A program made the position numbers and the translations under genes. From positions 1 through 64,000 of IMG/VR virus record IMGVR_UViG_3300020470_000460: a stretch of 64,000 nt of DNA. One strand, written 5' to 3'. The notes under the pieces are model-generated. The model saw nothing but the letters and a program-made list of their open reading frames with translations, did not search any database and was not told the origin of the DNA. Shown here piece by piece: positions 27,720 through 38,200 of the stretch (the first letter of the stretch is position 1; each line of letters begins with the position of its first letter). This DNA comes from a virus.

Positions 27720-29274
27720 AGATATTATCCTTTAGATATTGATAATGAGATGGTAATGTATCAACCCACTCTAACATATGCTCTTTATTTTTGCAATAGT
27801 CTTTATGATATTGTTCAATCTCTTTGAATCTTTCTTCATCTGCTCTCTCATTTAATATAGATCTAGTAAATGGTTTGTATCCCATTCCTGCTGAAATATA
27901 TATTGTCCCTTCACCTAACATACTAGGATCATATACCTTAGTCTCTAATGTATCTAATAATCGTCTATAATCACTAATAGCATGTAATGATGACTCATCA
28001 GGATTATCAGTAAATTTATAGAATCTTTCAACATTATTAGTGGCATCCCTCCAGTATGGAGTATCTTCTCTCATACTGAAAGTATAATGATTTACCACGA
28101 AATTCTTATATGATTCTAATAGTTTATTAGTAGCATAATTATATGCTATACGATCTTGATTAACTACATGTCCATCACGAGTAGATAATATATCATCTAA
28201 GAAAATAATATTATCATGTGTAGTGACCAGTCCAGTTGATTCTAATGGTTCTATGAATCCATATGCTAGACCAATACCTACAACATTATTAACCCATCCC
28301 ACCTTGTGCTTACCATGCTTTATTTTTATAGGCATTAATGGGCATTCTTGGTCATCTAGATACTCTCTAAACTCCTCCTCTGCCTCAGCATCAGAGATAT
28401 ATTTACTAGAGTAAACATATCCTGTACCTATATTATTCCACATGGGAATATTATATACCCATCCATTCTTCATTGCAACACAGTCAGTGAAAGTATCCAT
28501 CTGTGTCTCTTTATCCTTATATTCAATATGTGTTGCTAATGCTCTATCATTGAATAATTGATCTGTGAATGGAATAAATGGTACACCCATGTGCTGCTCT
28601 AATAGCAGTGATCTAAATCCTGTGCAATCTATGAATAGATCAGCACTAATTGCTTGACCATCTGTTGTAGTGATAGCAGATATATTTCCATCAGGTGTCT
28701 TAACTACATTATGTACTTCACCTACTAAATGATGACAACCATTTGGTACTGCTATATTATCTCTTAAATACTCACCAAACTTATCAGCATTGAGATGATA
28801 AGCAAGATCAGTATCAGGATTATAATATGAATCAGGTATCTCTTTGGTTATCTTACCATGCTCTGTTGGATATGTTAATGGATTAACAAACCTAGCAAAC
28901 TCATCTGAATCATAATCATATACCCATGATGCCTCAAAGTATTTCTGAATATGAAATGGTGTCTCATCACGTGGTGGACCAAATGCTCCAAAAGGATATT
29001 GAAATGACTCACCCTTTCCTTCTTTAAAATTCTTAAATCTAATTGATGACTTATATGTAGCATTACAATGTGTCATCCAGTCTTCATCCTTAAGACCTAA
29101 TCTTAATAGAAATCTATTAAAATCTGCCAGAGTTGATTCACCTACACCTATAGGTTTAATATCAGGAGATTCTATTAGACATATCTCAATGTCTGGATGT
29201 GACTTAGATAGCAATGCTGCTGTCATCCATCCTGATGTACCACCACCTACAATACAAATAGATTCAACTCGCAT
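27703..29274 (-). CDS. flavin-dependent (tryptophan-type) halogenase
   Basis: GGGTSG, IGVGEST, ATYK (catalytic Lys), WVYNIP, FIEPLESTG. Confidence 0.92.
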   Translation of the reverse strand: MRVESICIVGGGTSGWMTAALLSKSHPDIEICLIESPDIKPIGVGESTLADFNRFLLRLGLKDEDWMTHCNATYKSSIRFKNFKEGKGESFQYPFGAFGPPRDETPFHIQKYFEASWVYDYDSDEFARFVNPLTYPTEHGKITKEIPDSYYNPDTDLAYHLNADKFGEYLRDNIAVPNGCHHLVGEVHNVVKTPDGNISAITTTDGQAISADLFIDCTGFRSLLLEQHMGVPFIPFTDQLFNDRALATHIEYKDKETQMDTFTDCVAMKNGWVYNIPMWNNIGTGYVYSSKYISDAEAEEEFREYLDDQECPLMPIKIKHGKHKVGWVNNVVGIGLAYGFIEPLESTGLVTTHDNIIFLDDILSTRDGHVVNQDRIAYNYATNKLLESYKNFVVNHYTFSMREDTPYWRDATNNVERFYKFTDNPDESSLHAISDYRRLLDTLETKVYDPSMLGEGTIYISAGMGYKPFTRSILNERADEERFKEIEQYHKDYCKNKEHMLEWVDTLPSHYQYLKDNIYVESV

Positions 29275-30721
29275 ATAGATTCTCCTTATAGTAATCGTAT
29301 GGGCACTGTAATTTATCTATACCCTTCCAAGGATCAGGTACATGCTCTGGTACCGTGCCACCTGCATAGTAGTCAAGTTCTTTATAAACTAGATCACTAA
29401 ATGGATTCCATCCTTGACCTGCTTGGACATAGAATGATCCTTCACTTGATAGATCACCCCAGTTATATGCGTCACCAAATGTTGAAGATGGTAATCCTAG
29501 ATTCCTCTGGAATCTAAAGAAGCAATGATCATCAGGATAATGCTTATCACATATATGCTGCCAATATGGTGTGTCATTACGTTGAGTATATGCAAAGTGT
29601 GATGCTACAAACATAGCAAACTCATCGAAACTACCATTACAATTATTATTAAATGTATCTCTCATTAGTTGTGTAACAGTATCTCTACCATCCATCACAC
29701 GTAAGAACATCAATAAGAAATTATGTATGGATAGTATACCATTAGATTCTAATGGTTCAAGGAAACCAGCAGACAATCCAATTGATATTACATTACCATT
29801 CCACATCTCCTTTCTTCTACCTGTTGTCCATTTAATAACACGGAACATCTTGTCAGTATATGCTCCTACATCTGACTCTATATTATCTGCAAGATAATCT
29901 CTAAACTCATCTATTGCTTCTTGATCTGAGCAGAACTTATCACAATATACATATCCACTACCTATTCTAGTCCACGTGGGTACATTCCAACACCAACCAT
30001 TATCAAGAGCAACACAATCTGTGACTGGTTTCATTTGCTCTTCTTTATTATTATAGGCAAACCTGGTCACAACTGCACTATTATTTGGCAGTATGTCACT
30101 CATATCCACCCAAGGTGAATCATTTAATAGTGATTTGAATCCTGTGCAATCAAAATATAGATCTGCTTTAGGTAATCTCTTAGGGTTTATCTTCCTCTTA
30201 ACATGTCTAACACCACGAGGTAGTGCAAAATTATCTCTTAACCACTCACCAAACTTAACTGCATCAAAATGGAATCCAGTATATTTGTGTAGATCCCAGT
30301 AATCATTTGTTAATGGTAGTTTATTCTGTGTTACACATGCTGCTGCATAACTATAGTCTTCAGCAAACTTAGAATTATTCCATCCATACTTCTTCTGATA
30401 ATACCACCACTGTGCAGGTTCAAATAAATCACCCCTTGGCGGACCAAATGGGTACTGCCAAGGGGTATCCCCTTTCTTATGAAAATTATGAAATCTTACA
30501 CTTGCTTTATATGTTGCATCACATGCCTCCATCCAATCCTCATCCTTCAGATCAAGGAAGTGACACCATAGTCTAAAAAATTGTGTGGTTGACTCACCTA
30601 CACCAACAGAGGGAGTCTTAGCATCTTCGTACAAAACAATATCCCAATCGGGATATGCTTTGACCAGCGTAGATGCAGTCATCCAACCAGCGGTACCACC
30701 GCCAACAATAACAATTTTCAT
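29264..30721 (-). CDS. flavin-dependent (tryptophan-type) halogenase
   Basis: GGGTAG, VGVGEST, ATYK, WCWNVP, FLEPLESNG. Confidence 0.92.
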   Translation of the reverse strand: MKIVIVGGGTAGWMTASTLVKAYPDWDIVLYEDAKTPSVGVGESTTQFFRLWCHFLDLKDEDWMEACDATYKASVRFHNFHKKGDTPWQYPFGPPRGDLFEPAQWWYYQKKYGWNNSKFAEDYSYAAACVTQNKLPLTNDYWDLHKYTGFHFDAVKFGEWLRDNFALPRGVRHVKRKINPKRLPKADLYFDCTGFKSLLNDSPWVDMSDILPNNSAVVTRFAYNNKEEQMKPVTDCVALDNGWCWNVPTWTRIGSGYVYCDKFCSDQEAIDEFRDYLADNIESDVGAYTDKMFRVIKWTTGRRKEMWNGNVISIGLSAGFLEPLESNGILSIHNFLLMFLRVMDGRDTVTQLMRDTFNNNCNGSFDEFAMFVASHFAYTQRNDTPYWQHICDKHYPDDHCFFRFQRNLGLPSSTFGDAYNWGDLSSEGSFYVQAGQGWNPFSDLVYKELDYYAGGTVPEHVPDPWKGIDKLQCPYDYYKENLYAS

Positions 30722-30745
30722 AACGAATCTGTTCTGTTTTGTATT

Positions 30746-31174
30746 CTACCCTGGAGGTACCCAGTTGTCAACCCAAGGATCCCAAGGATCTCTTCCTTCT
30801 AGTTGGATCTTCTTAGGATCTTGTACAAATGGGGGAATAGATGCTGGTGCAGCAACAGTTGCTTTCACGTTTGCTACGTGATCTTTCCAACGTGTACCAC
30901 CATCTAATGAGTCTTTGTACTGCATATCCAACTGTTCACCTACGTCACCGTAAGCAATAATTCTGTCAACGACTGCTTCTTCACGTAAATCTTCATTGTC
31001 ATGATGATCTACTAGCACACCATTGACCATTTGCTTATCAAAGTTAGCGTCATCAGGCACTTCACACCACTTCATAGTTGCATCAGCACCTTCATAAATT
31101 TCAAATTTGTCTGCTTCATCACAGATATCAGATAATGCACCTGTGTCTTTAGAAACGATTGCCCATTTAGCCAT
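30746..31174 (-). CDS. putative tail fibre assembly chaperone/accessory protein
   Basis: R..AY....EQLDM.Y.....G..WKDH...VK pattern; follows fibre genes; AAGGAG RBS. Confidence 0.6.
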   Translation of the reverse strand: MAKWAIVSKDTGALSDICDEADKFEIYEGADATMKWCEVPDDANFDKQMVNGVLVDHHDNEDLREEAVVDRIIAYGDVGEQLDMQYKDSLDGGTRWKDHVANVKATVAAPASIPPFVQDPKKIQLEGRDPWDPWVDNWVPPG

Positions 31175-31199
31175 GATTGATTAAATCTCCTTGTAAATC

Positions 31200-31207
31200 T
31201 ATTTATT
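31200..31207 (-). promoter_or_regulatory. late promoter AATAAATA
   Basis: NATAAATA 26 bp upstream of the ATG at 31174. Confidence 0.65.
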
Positions 31208-32030
31208 AACCGTAGTATTCGTAAACTACTACTACACCTTCTCGACCTCTAGCACCTCGGTTACCCTCACGAGCACCATTACCACCTGATCCCCAAGCAG
31301 CATGTGATTGATGCCTATGGGAATAATTTTCTTGCTGGTGACTAGCAGGTTGTGATCCACCCATATAGGATGCACCAGACGTATAGTTACCGTATTTAGA
31401 CCAGTTACCGTAACCATTTCCACCGCCACCATAGGCGTTCATGTTACCACCTGATCCATTACCACCATACCCACCAGCGTGTTGCTGTGAGCAGTTGGCA
31501 CCAATACCTGCCGAAGCACTACAGTATCCACCAAAAGATGATCCGTTACCGTTACCACCACAACCAGCGTAACTAGTACCACCACCTGGGTTACCAACTG
31601 AAACACTTACAGATGATACATTACTTACATCAATAACTCTTTCAGAGAATCCACCAGCACCACCTGATTCACATTTACCTGATCCTCCACCACCTGCACC
31701 AACTACTTGGACTCTAATACTTTTTACATCAGATGGTCTATACCATGTACCGTTACCAGTCCATACTTGCATGGATCTAAATCCAGCACCACCACTACCT
31801 CCACCTGATATATCTGTTGACCAGACGAGGTTTGTACCATTGGTGCTTAAGAATTGTCCTGACTGACCTGAGAAATCAGGTATATTGAAGTTAGAACTAC
31901 CAGTAATAGTACCATTTATGTTTATGTCATTGACCTTGAGCGTCCCGTTGCAGGTGATAGATCCACTCGATAGAGTGAAACCACCTAGACCAGCGAGGTC
32001 AGTAACTCCTGTAACTTTAAGAACACTCAT
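31206..32030 (-). CDS. glycine-rich adhesin-like tail fibre tip protein, paralog 3
   Basis: True start MSVLKVTG (ATGA overlap); TW..P..V..I.V.VVGAGGGGSG...G.VVVYEY. Confidence 0.8.
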   Translation of the reverse strand: MSVLKVTGVTDLAGLGGFTLSSGSITCNGTLKVNDININGTITGSSNFNIPDFSGQSGQFLSTNGTNLVWSTDISGGGSGGAGFRSMQVWTGNGTWYRPSDVKSIRVQVVGAGGGGSGKCESGGAGGFSERVIDVSNVSSVSVSVGNPGGGTSYAGCGGNGNGSSFGGYCSASAGIGANCSQQHAGGYGGNGSGGNMNAYGGGGNGYGNWSKYGNYTSGASYMGGSQPASHQQENYSHRHQSHAAWGSGGNGAREGNRGARGREGVVVVYEYYG

Positions 32031-32836
32031 CCGTAGAACTCCTGAACGATAACGATACCTTCTCTTCCTCTGGCACCACGACCTCCGTGTTTTGCTCCAT
32101 TTCCACCAGCACCCCATGCACAGTGTGATTGGTGTCTATGAGAGTAATTACCTTGGTTATGAGAGGAAGGTTGTGTGCCTCCTATGTATGACATACCAGC
32201 AGTGACGCAACCGAATGACCAGTGAGATCCATGTCCGTTACCTCCACCACCATATACATTCAGGTTACCACCTGAACCATTTCCACCAATTCCTCCAGCA
32301 TGCTGTTGTCTACAGTTTGCACCGTATCCTCCAGACGCAGAGCAATAACCACCGAATGATGAAGTATTACCTCCACCACCACATCCAGAATAGTTAGATC
32401 CTCCACCTGGATTACCTACCGAAACTGATATAGATGATACGTTTGATACATCTATTACCCTTTCTGCCATTCCACCAGCACCACCAGATTCAGTATAACC
32501 TGATCCACCGCCACCAGCACCTACAACAGTAACAATAATAGTACCTACATCAGATGGTTTATACCATGTGCCATTACCAGTCCATACTTGCATGGATCTG
32601 ATACCAGTACCAGCACTAACTCCTGACCAAACATACTCAGAACCAGTGGATCTCAATGCTTTACCTTCGTTACCACCCATAGGAGGTACAACGAAAGTTG
32701 ATCCACCACGAATCGCACCGTTAATGACCACATTAGAGCATGTCAGGGTAGTTGTGGCAGTGATACCACCACCAGCAAGCATGAATCCTTGTGCTCCAGT
32801 TAAGTCTTTTAGTGCTGATACTTTAAGTTTTGACAT
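32027..32836 (-). CDS. glycine-rich adhesin-like tail fibre tip protein, paralog 2
   Basis: Same domain as its neighbours. Confidence 0.8.
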   Translation of the reverse strand: MSKLKVSALKDLTGAQGFMLAGGGITATTTLTCSNVVINGAIRGGSTFVVPPMGGNEGKALRSTGSEYVWSGVSAGTGIRSMQVWTGNGTWYKPSDVGTIIVTVVGAGGGGSGYTESGGAGGMAERVIDVSNVSSISVSVGNPGGGSNYSGCGGGGNTSSFGGYCSASGGYGANCRQQHAGGIGGNGSGGNLNVYGGGGNGHGSHWSFGCVTAGMSYIGGTQPSSHNQGNYSHRHQSHCAWGAGGNGAKHGGRGARGREGIVIVQEFYG

Positions 32837-32839
32837 GTC

Positions 32840-33649
32840 TTAACCGTAAAATTCATGTACAACTACGACACCTTCACGACCTCTTGCACCACGTCCACCT
32901 TCTCTACATCCATTACCACCTGATCCCCAGGCAGCATGTGATTGGTGTCTATGTGCATAGTTTTGCTGTTGGTGAGATGCAGGTTGTCCTCCACCCCAAT
33001 ATGATTTACCACATGTGTGGTTACCATAAGTGTAATGAGATCCGTGTCCTGATCCCCCTCCACCGTAAATATTTAGTGATCCACCTGATCCGTTACCACC
33101 ATATCCTCCTGCATGTTGCTGAGAACAGTTAGCACCGATTCCTCTTGAAGCACTACAGTATCCACCGAATGACGATGAGTTTCCGTTACCACCACATCCA
33201 GCGTAATTAGTACCACCACCAGGATTACCTACTGTAACAGATACAGATGATACGTTAGTTACATCTATCTGTCTTTGTGCTGTACCTCCAGCACCACCTG
33301 ATTCCATGAATCCAGATCCACCTCCACCAGCACCAGTTACAGTCACCATAATGGTTTTAACATCAGATGGTTTATACCATGTACCGTTACCAGTCCAGAC
33401 CTGCATAGATCTAACACCAGAAGCAGATGATAAAGTACCCCAAGTGAGTGCTGACCCATTAGTTGAGATATATTCATCAGTGTGACCTGATGGATTGGGG
33501 AGAATATATGCAGACGAACCTGCTAATGTACCACTAATTTCTATGTCTTGTACATTAAGAGTACCATTGGCAGTGATACCCCCACTCGTGAAAGTAAACC
33601 CTCCAATACCACCTACGTCTTTTATAGCTCCCAGGTTTAACTGTGCCAT
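32840..33649 (-). CDS. glycine-rich adhesin-like tail fibre tip protein, paralog 1
   Basis: Same domain as its neighbours. Confidence 0.8.
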   Translation of the reverse strand: MAQLNLGAIKDVGGIGGFTFTSGGITANGTLNVQDIEISGTLAGSSAYILPNPSGHTDEYISTNGSALTWGTLSSASGVRSMQVWTGNGTWYKPSDVKTIMVTVTGAGGGGSGFMESGGAGGTAQRQIDVTNVSSVSVTVGNPGGGTNYAGCGGNGNSSSFGGYCSASRGIGANCSQQHAGGYGGNGSGGSLNIYGGGGSGHGSHYTYGNHTCGKSYWGGGQPASHQQQNYAHRHQSHAAWGSGGNGCREGGRGARGREGVVVVHEFYG

Positions 33650-33673
33650 ACTAAACTACTACCTGTATGTTTC

Positions 33674-33681
33674 TATTTATC
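33674..33681 (-). promoter_or_regulatory. late promoter GATAAATA
   Basis: Upstream of the ATG at 33649. Confidence 0.65.
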
Positions 33682-33686
33682 ATTAT

Positions 33687-34304
33687 TTATATCAGATATT
33701 TACCACCGTGTCCTTGATTCTGAGCAAAGGGATTATGTTCACTTATGTCTAAGCAACTACTCATACCCTCAAAATCAGCAGACAAATTGAATGCGATAGA
33801 TATCCTATCATCATCACTCTCATTCTCAGTCACGTCATGCTCCAACCATGATGGGAAATATATTAATGTCCCTGGTTGTGGTTCGATTTCGTGATAATCT
33901 AAACCATCATTAAAATACTCATGATCTCTTTGCACTTGGACTAATGGACCTCTAGGATCCCAAAATCTTATGCTACCTGAGTATTTAGGCACCTTCACAT
34001 AGTATACTCCTGATAATAATATATTAGTATCAGCATGTAAATGCCTCTTATTACTAGCACCTTTAGGGTTTATATTACACCAAGAGTATACACACAAATC
34101 CTTTAATGGTTTGTCCTCTCTAAATGGACAATTAGCAGCAATAAGATCTACCCAATCCCTATTATAAAACAAATCACCCTGATAACCTCCATTACTGGAG
34201 TAAGGGTGATTAGGTTCAGTCTTAGAGAAATTATATATCTCTTCTGCTAACTTATCATTGTCAAAATCAATTCTCTTAATCCAGAGAGGGGTGCCAAATA
34301 TCAT
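33687..34304 (-). CDS. 2OG-Fe(II) oxygenase (TIGR02466-type)
   Basis: SN.GGYQ, WCNIN, HLH, LSGVYY, FPSWLEH.V, RISIAFN. Confidence 0.92.
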   Translation of the reverse strand: MIFGTPLWIKRIDFDNDKLAEEIYNFSKTEPNHPYSSNGGYQGDLFYNRDWVDLIAANCPFREDKPLKDLCVYSWCNINPKGASNKRHLHADTNILLSGVYYVKVPKYSGSIRFWDPRGPLVQVQRDHEYFNDGLDYHEIEPQPGTLIYFPSWLEHDVTENESDDDRISIAFNLSADFEGMSSCLDISEHNPFAQNQGHGGKYLI

Positions 34305-34318
34305 AATAAAAAAATTAA

Positions 34319-35194
34319 TTAACTAAAGTTTCGATAATGTCCTAGGACTACAAATTCTTCGTTATCATCTTGGTTTTTAGGTACCTTATCTATAATAAGG
34401 AAGTCACACATAGCATAGTCATTACCCATACTTGGACCTCCTCTGGTTGTGCACCATTCAATAGGACAGTTTACACCAAGAATACTTATAGAGGATGGTA
34501 ATCCGTTAGCACCTGCATTCTCACAAATAACTCTAAAGTGATATAAACTACCATCACCATTGTGCTCATCCATATCAGTGAGATTTAATCTCCAGTTACC
34601 ACCACCATTTCTTGTAACATATATTGTGTTACCATTGTTAATACTATGAGTTACATCACCACTATACTCAGCATAAAACTTACAATGCTCTTTACGACCA
34701 CCTGAGAAGTGCATTCCAGTTGATCTAAAATCTTCAGTTATTATATCTACAACCTCAAGGTTTAACATGTCATCACCACCGAGGATATTCCACGTGGCAT
34801 TATTTTCAATCGTGACAGTATAACCGTTTGCAATAGTAATAGGACCTGCTGAGAAACCGTTGGTGAATTCCACACCACCGTTAGCAACTGGACCTATAGT
34901 TAAATTCTCTTCAATAGTAGTGCCGTTAGTCCTAATTATACTATTCTCACCAACACTTGGACCTCCTCCACCTACGTCCGTCCAACCTGGAACACCCTGA
35001 GCAGCATCTTGCTTATAGATCTGTGCCATGTCCTCGGTACTATTATACACAATGGTACCATAGGCAGGTGTGCCCAATGCTGTTACTGCTGATTGGTTAA
35101 GAGCAGGTAGATTGAGTTGCTCTGTCAACTGTAGTGCCTCCATTATGGCACGAGTTGAAGCATCAATCTGATTTCCAATTATCTTGGTGGACAT
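34319..35194 (-). CDS. tail fibre-related structural protein
   Basis: GTIVYNST, IIRTN...I.EN.TI, SAGPITIANG.TVTI...W.I fibre modules. Confidence 0.7.
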   Translation of the reverse strand: MSTKIIGNQIDASTRAIMEALQLTEQLNLPALNQSAVTALGTPAYGTIVYNSTEDMAQIYKQDAAQGVPGWTDVGGGGPSVGENSIIRTNGTTIEENLTIGPVANGGVEFTNGFSAGPITIANGYTVTIENNATWNILGGDDMLNLEVVDIITEDFRSTGMHFSGGRKEHCKFYAEYSGDVTHSINNGNTIYVTRNGGGNWRLNLTDMDEHNGDGSLYHFRVICENAGANGLPSSISILGVNCPIEWCTTRGGPSMGNDYAMCDFLIIDKVPKNQDDNEEFVVLGHYRNFS

Positions 35195-35219
35195 GATTAC
35201 CCTTTTATACTATTTAGTT

Positions 35220-38200
35220 TTATATAACGAGTTCACGTATCTGTATGTTATCTCCTGTCTGTGGTGTAGTGCCAACAGAGAAGTCTACAGAGTTTGCAGT
35301 AACAGTATAATCAACACCAGGAACTTGAGCAACACCATTTAGGAATACTAAGAGTGAATATGCTGTATGTCCAGGAGATATGGCAAATGATGTAGCAACA
35401 CCATTACCTGTATACATGACACCGTTGTTACTATTAGTAACACCAGTTGCAAGGGTATACTTATCTGCACATCCATACTTACCAGTCACATCTATATCAC
35501 CTGTAATTGCTACATTACCTGTGATCCTCATTCTATTAAGTGCGTCTGGTGCTTCACCAATACCATAATGAGTCACACCTGAGAACCTATTAGATGTAAT
35601 AGGTGCAGTATCACTTAGACCAAACTTATACCAAGTACCTGAGTCATATATCCAACCTAGGTATGTTCCTGGAGTCCAGTCTACATTATAACAAATATCA
35701 CCAGTGTTGAATGCTGATCCTGCGGTTACTGTTGGATTACCAGTACCATCATCCTCAGCAAGGAATGTATTCTTCAAAACAGTACCATCATCGTTAGATA
35801 AGGTAAAGTTTAGTGTCTGCAATGTATCCTGAGAAGTTATCTTCTTCTGGAATGTAGCAGGACCAGAGAATACTGATTCCAACTGGTTAGATGCACCACC
35901 GATAACAGTCAATTTATCAGTAAGCACAATCTCACTGAAGGTCTCAATAGTTGTACCTTCTTCACCCAACACGTTAAGTTGAGCAATATCTTCGTTAGTG
36001 ATCTGACCTGTAACTGGGTTAATAACCTGGTTACCAACAAACAACTCACCATCACTGTTAACACCAGAGTAGTATGCAACACCCGCAGATTCTTTAAGTG
36101 ACTGTGATAGTCTGACCTGTGCTGGTGTTAATACTTCTACCTGTGTAGATGGGAATGCAGTTGAGTAGTTACCTGGACCAAATCCAAGATACTCAAACGT
36201 GTGACCTGATGCTCTGAGAATTGAGTATCTTCGTAACTCACAGAGTAGAGGTTGTACTGAGTTATCAGCATTCAACTTCAGTGCAATCTTTCTTTCTTCA
36301 GCATCACCTAGTCTTGCAGTAACACTAATACCATTCAATACGTTAGATGTAGTGTTATATCCTAGGTTATTCTCTGTCTCCAGTAAGAAGAACTGTGATG
36401 TCTCTTTAGTAAGAGATCTTTGTGTGTCCTCATTAGGAGTAGGAGATGCACCGTCAGTAGTAGTAACAACACCAAGTGTTTCATTACTTGCTATAGATAC
36501 TGCTGCTGATGGGTCTGCTACTGGGTTGTCTCTGTCAAATGCAGGATATAAGTCTACAACTGCCTGAGAGAATGCGAAGTCATTAAAGTTAGACGTTGAT
36601 GGTGCTACACTAGCATTAAGTAACGTCAAATAATATATACCGTCAGTCACACCCTTAACAAACGTTTGATGTGTCTCTACAGCATATATGTAATATGCTT
36701 TGGTATATGCTGGGCTATTGGTTTCACTACTTCGTGGTTGGACAACAAAACCTGTGATAGGTGCTCTAGGTACGGGAAATGCGTCCTTGTCCAATACATA
36801 GCGGTACCTGTAAATCCTGTCAACAAGGTTTCTAGCATCGGGTACCCTCCTTATAAAGGTAGTAGGTGTGAATCCAAGGTTTTGATATATGCTATTTGCT
36901 TGTAGTGTTGTGTATATGGTATTAGCAGATCCATCTACTTGTAAATACCACTGACTATTAACACTATCCCATTTAACTGGGTTGTCATCGTCACCTGCTT
37001 TAGTACCTGTTACCAATGGTCCTGAAGGACTTATATCAGCATAGTGCGTAGTAGGTTCACTTGCTCCACTGGCAATTAAGAGCACATACAGGCGATCTGG
37101 GGTATTAACGTCATCACGTCTAGCACCCACAGTATAGCCTTGTACTTTCGCTGGTGGTTTGCCAGTTTCTACAGTATATCCATATAAAAATAGTTTTGTC
37201 GGGTCTGCAACACTCTTAGTCTTATTGATATCAATAGTAACCCAGTTGATTGATATCTCTGATACATCACTTAAAGACTTAGGTGGTATTACATGTGTAA
37301 CTTGCCCTGCTTTATCTTTCGTAAATGCTGCACTCTTAAAGCCTTTAGATCGGAGAGAAGTGTTACCAAAGTTTGAGTTCGAGTTGGTAATCGAGAGATC
37401 TCCTCCGCTGTCAGCGAAGAAATGGTCTCCAAATCCGACAGCGAATACTGAGACGACTTGGATGAATGCGTCGTTAGATGCGTAGATGTGTCTGTGTCGC
37501 CAACCTTTTCTGTATTTGGCGAGTCCATTAATATGAGCACCAGATCCCGCAGCTTGGGGTTCATATGCTCCAGTAGTTTGGTTGTATATGACGAATGCTC
37601 TGTCATCTTTCTGTAGGGAGATTCCAGTAAACTGGGCAACAACCATTGACTTGAAACCTGTTGCTTGACTACCATCAGCATGCATACCATTGATACCCCA
37701 TACTGATCTTAGAGAGCAGTTGAAGACATATGGTGAGGCAGAGTCAACCGTATCAATCTCGACCTTGACTAGTACATTATTACCCAGTGCGTTACCTGAT
37801 GGCTCGGAAGACATCTGGTATGTAAATTGGTTACCTTGTGCACTGGTTACCAGGAAACTACCATTATAGAGGAGAGCATCTTGGTCAGTAGGACCAGTAA
37901 CACCAGATATATTAACAGCGACACCCACGGAGAACCCATGATTCTTCGGGTTACCGAGTTCATCAACTGTAAATGCTGTTGCAGTTTGTCCATTTCTTAT
38001 GATCTGTGATACTGCAAATTCATCAGAGATCGGACCTACAATTCTGTTTTCCTCGACCCTTGCTTGCATCTGGTCTTGAGAAACAATACCAGAGGTGTCA
38101 GGAATTACAGCGTATCCTTTTGATATCTTTTGGTAATATAATTCTAGATCTTCTACGTTAGCAAACTCAAAACACGTGAGTTTATGGTGTGAGAAGTTTG

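Noticed and set aside
32031-32117. N-terminal extension given by the ORF track for the third Gly-rich gene
   Set aside because: Overlaps the upstream paralog out of frame; paralog alignment puts the start at 32030
31206-33649. Diversity-generating retroelement or invertase-driven fibre switching
   Set aside because: No reverse transcriptase or recombinase in the window; all three copies are intact, co-oriented ORFs and differences are not adenine-specific
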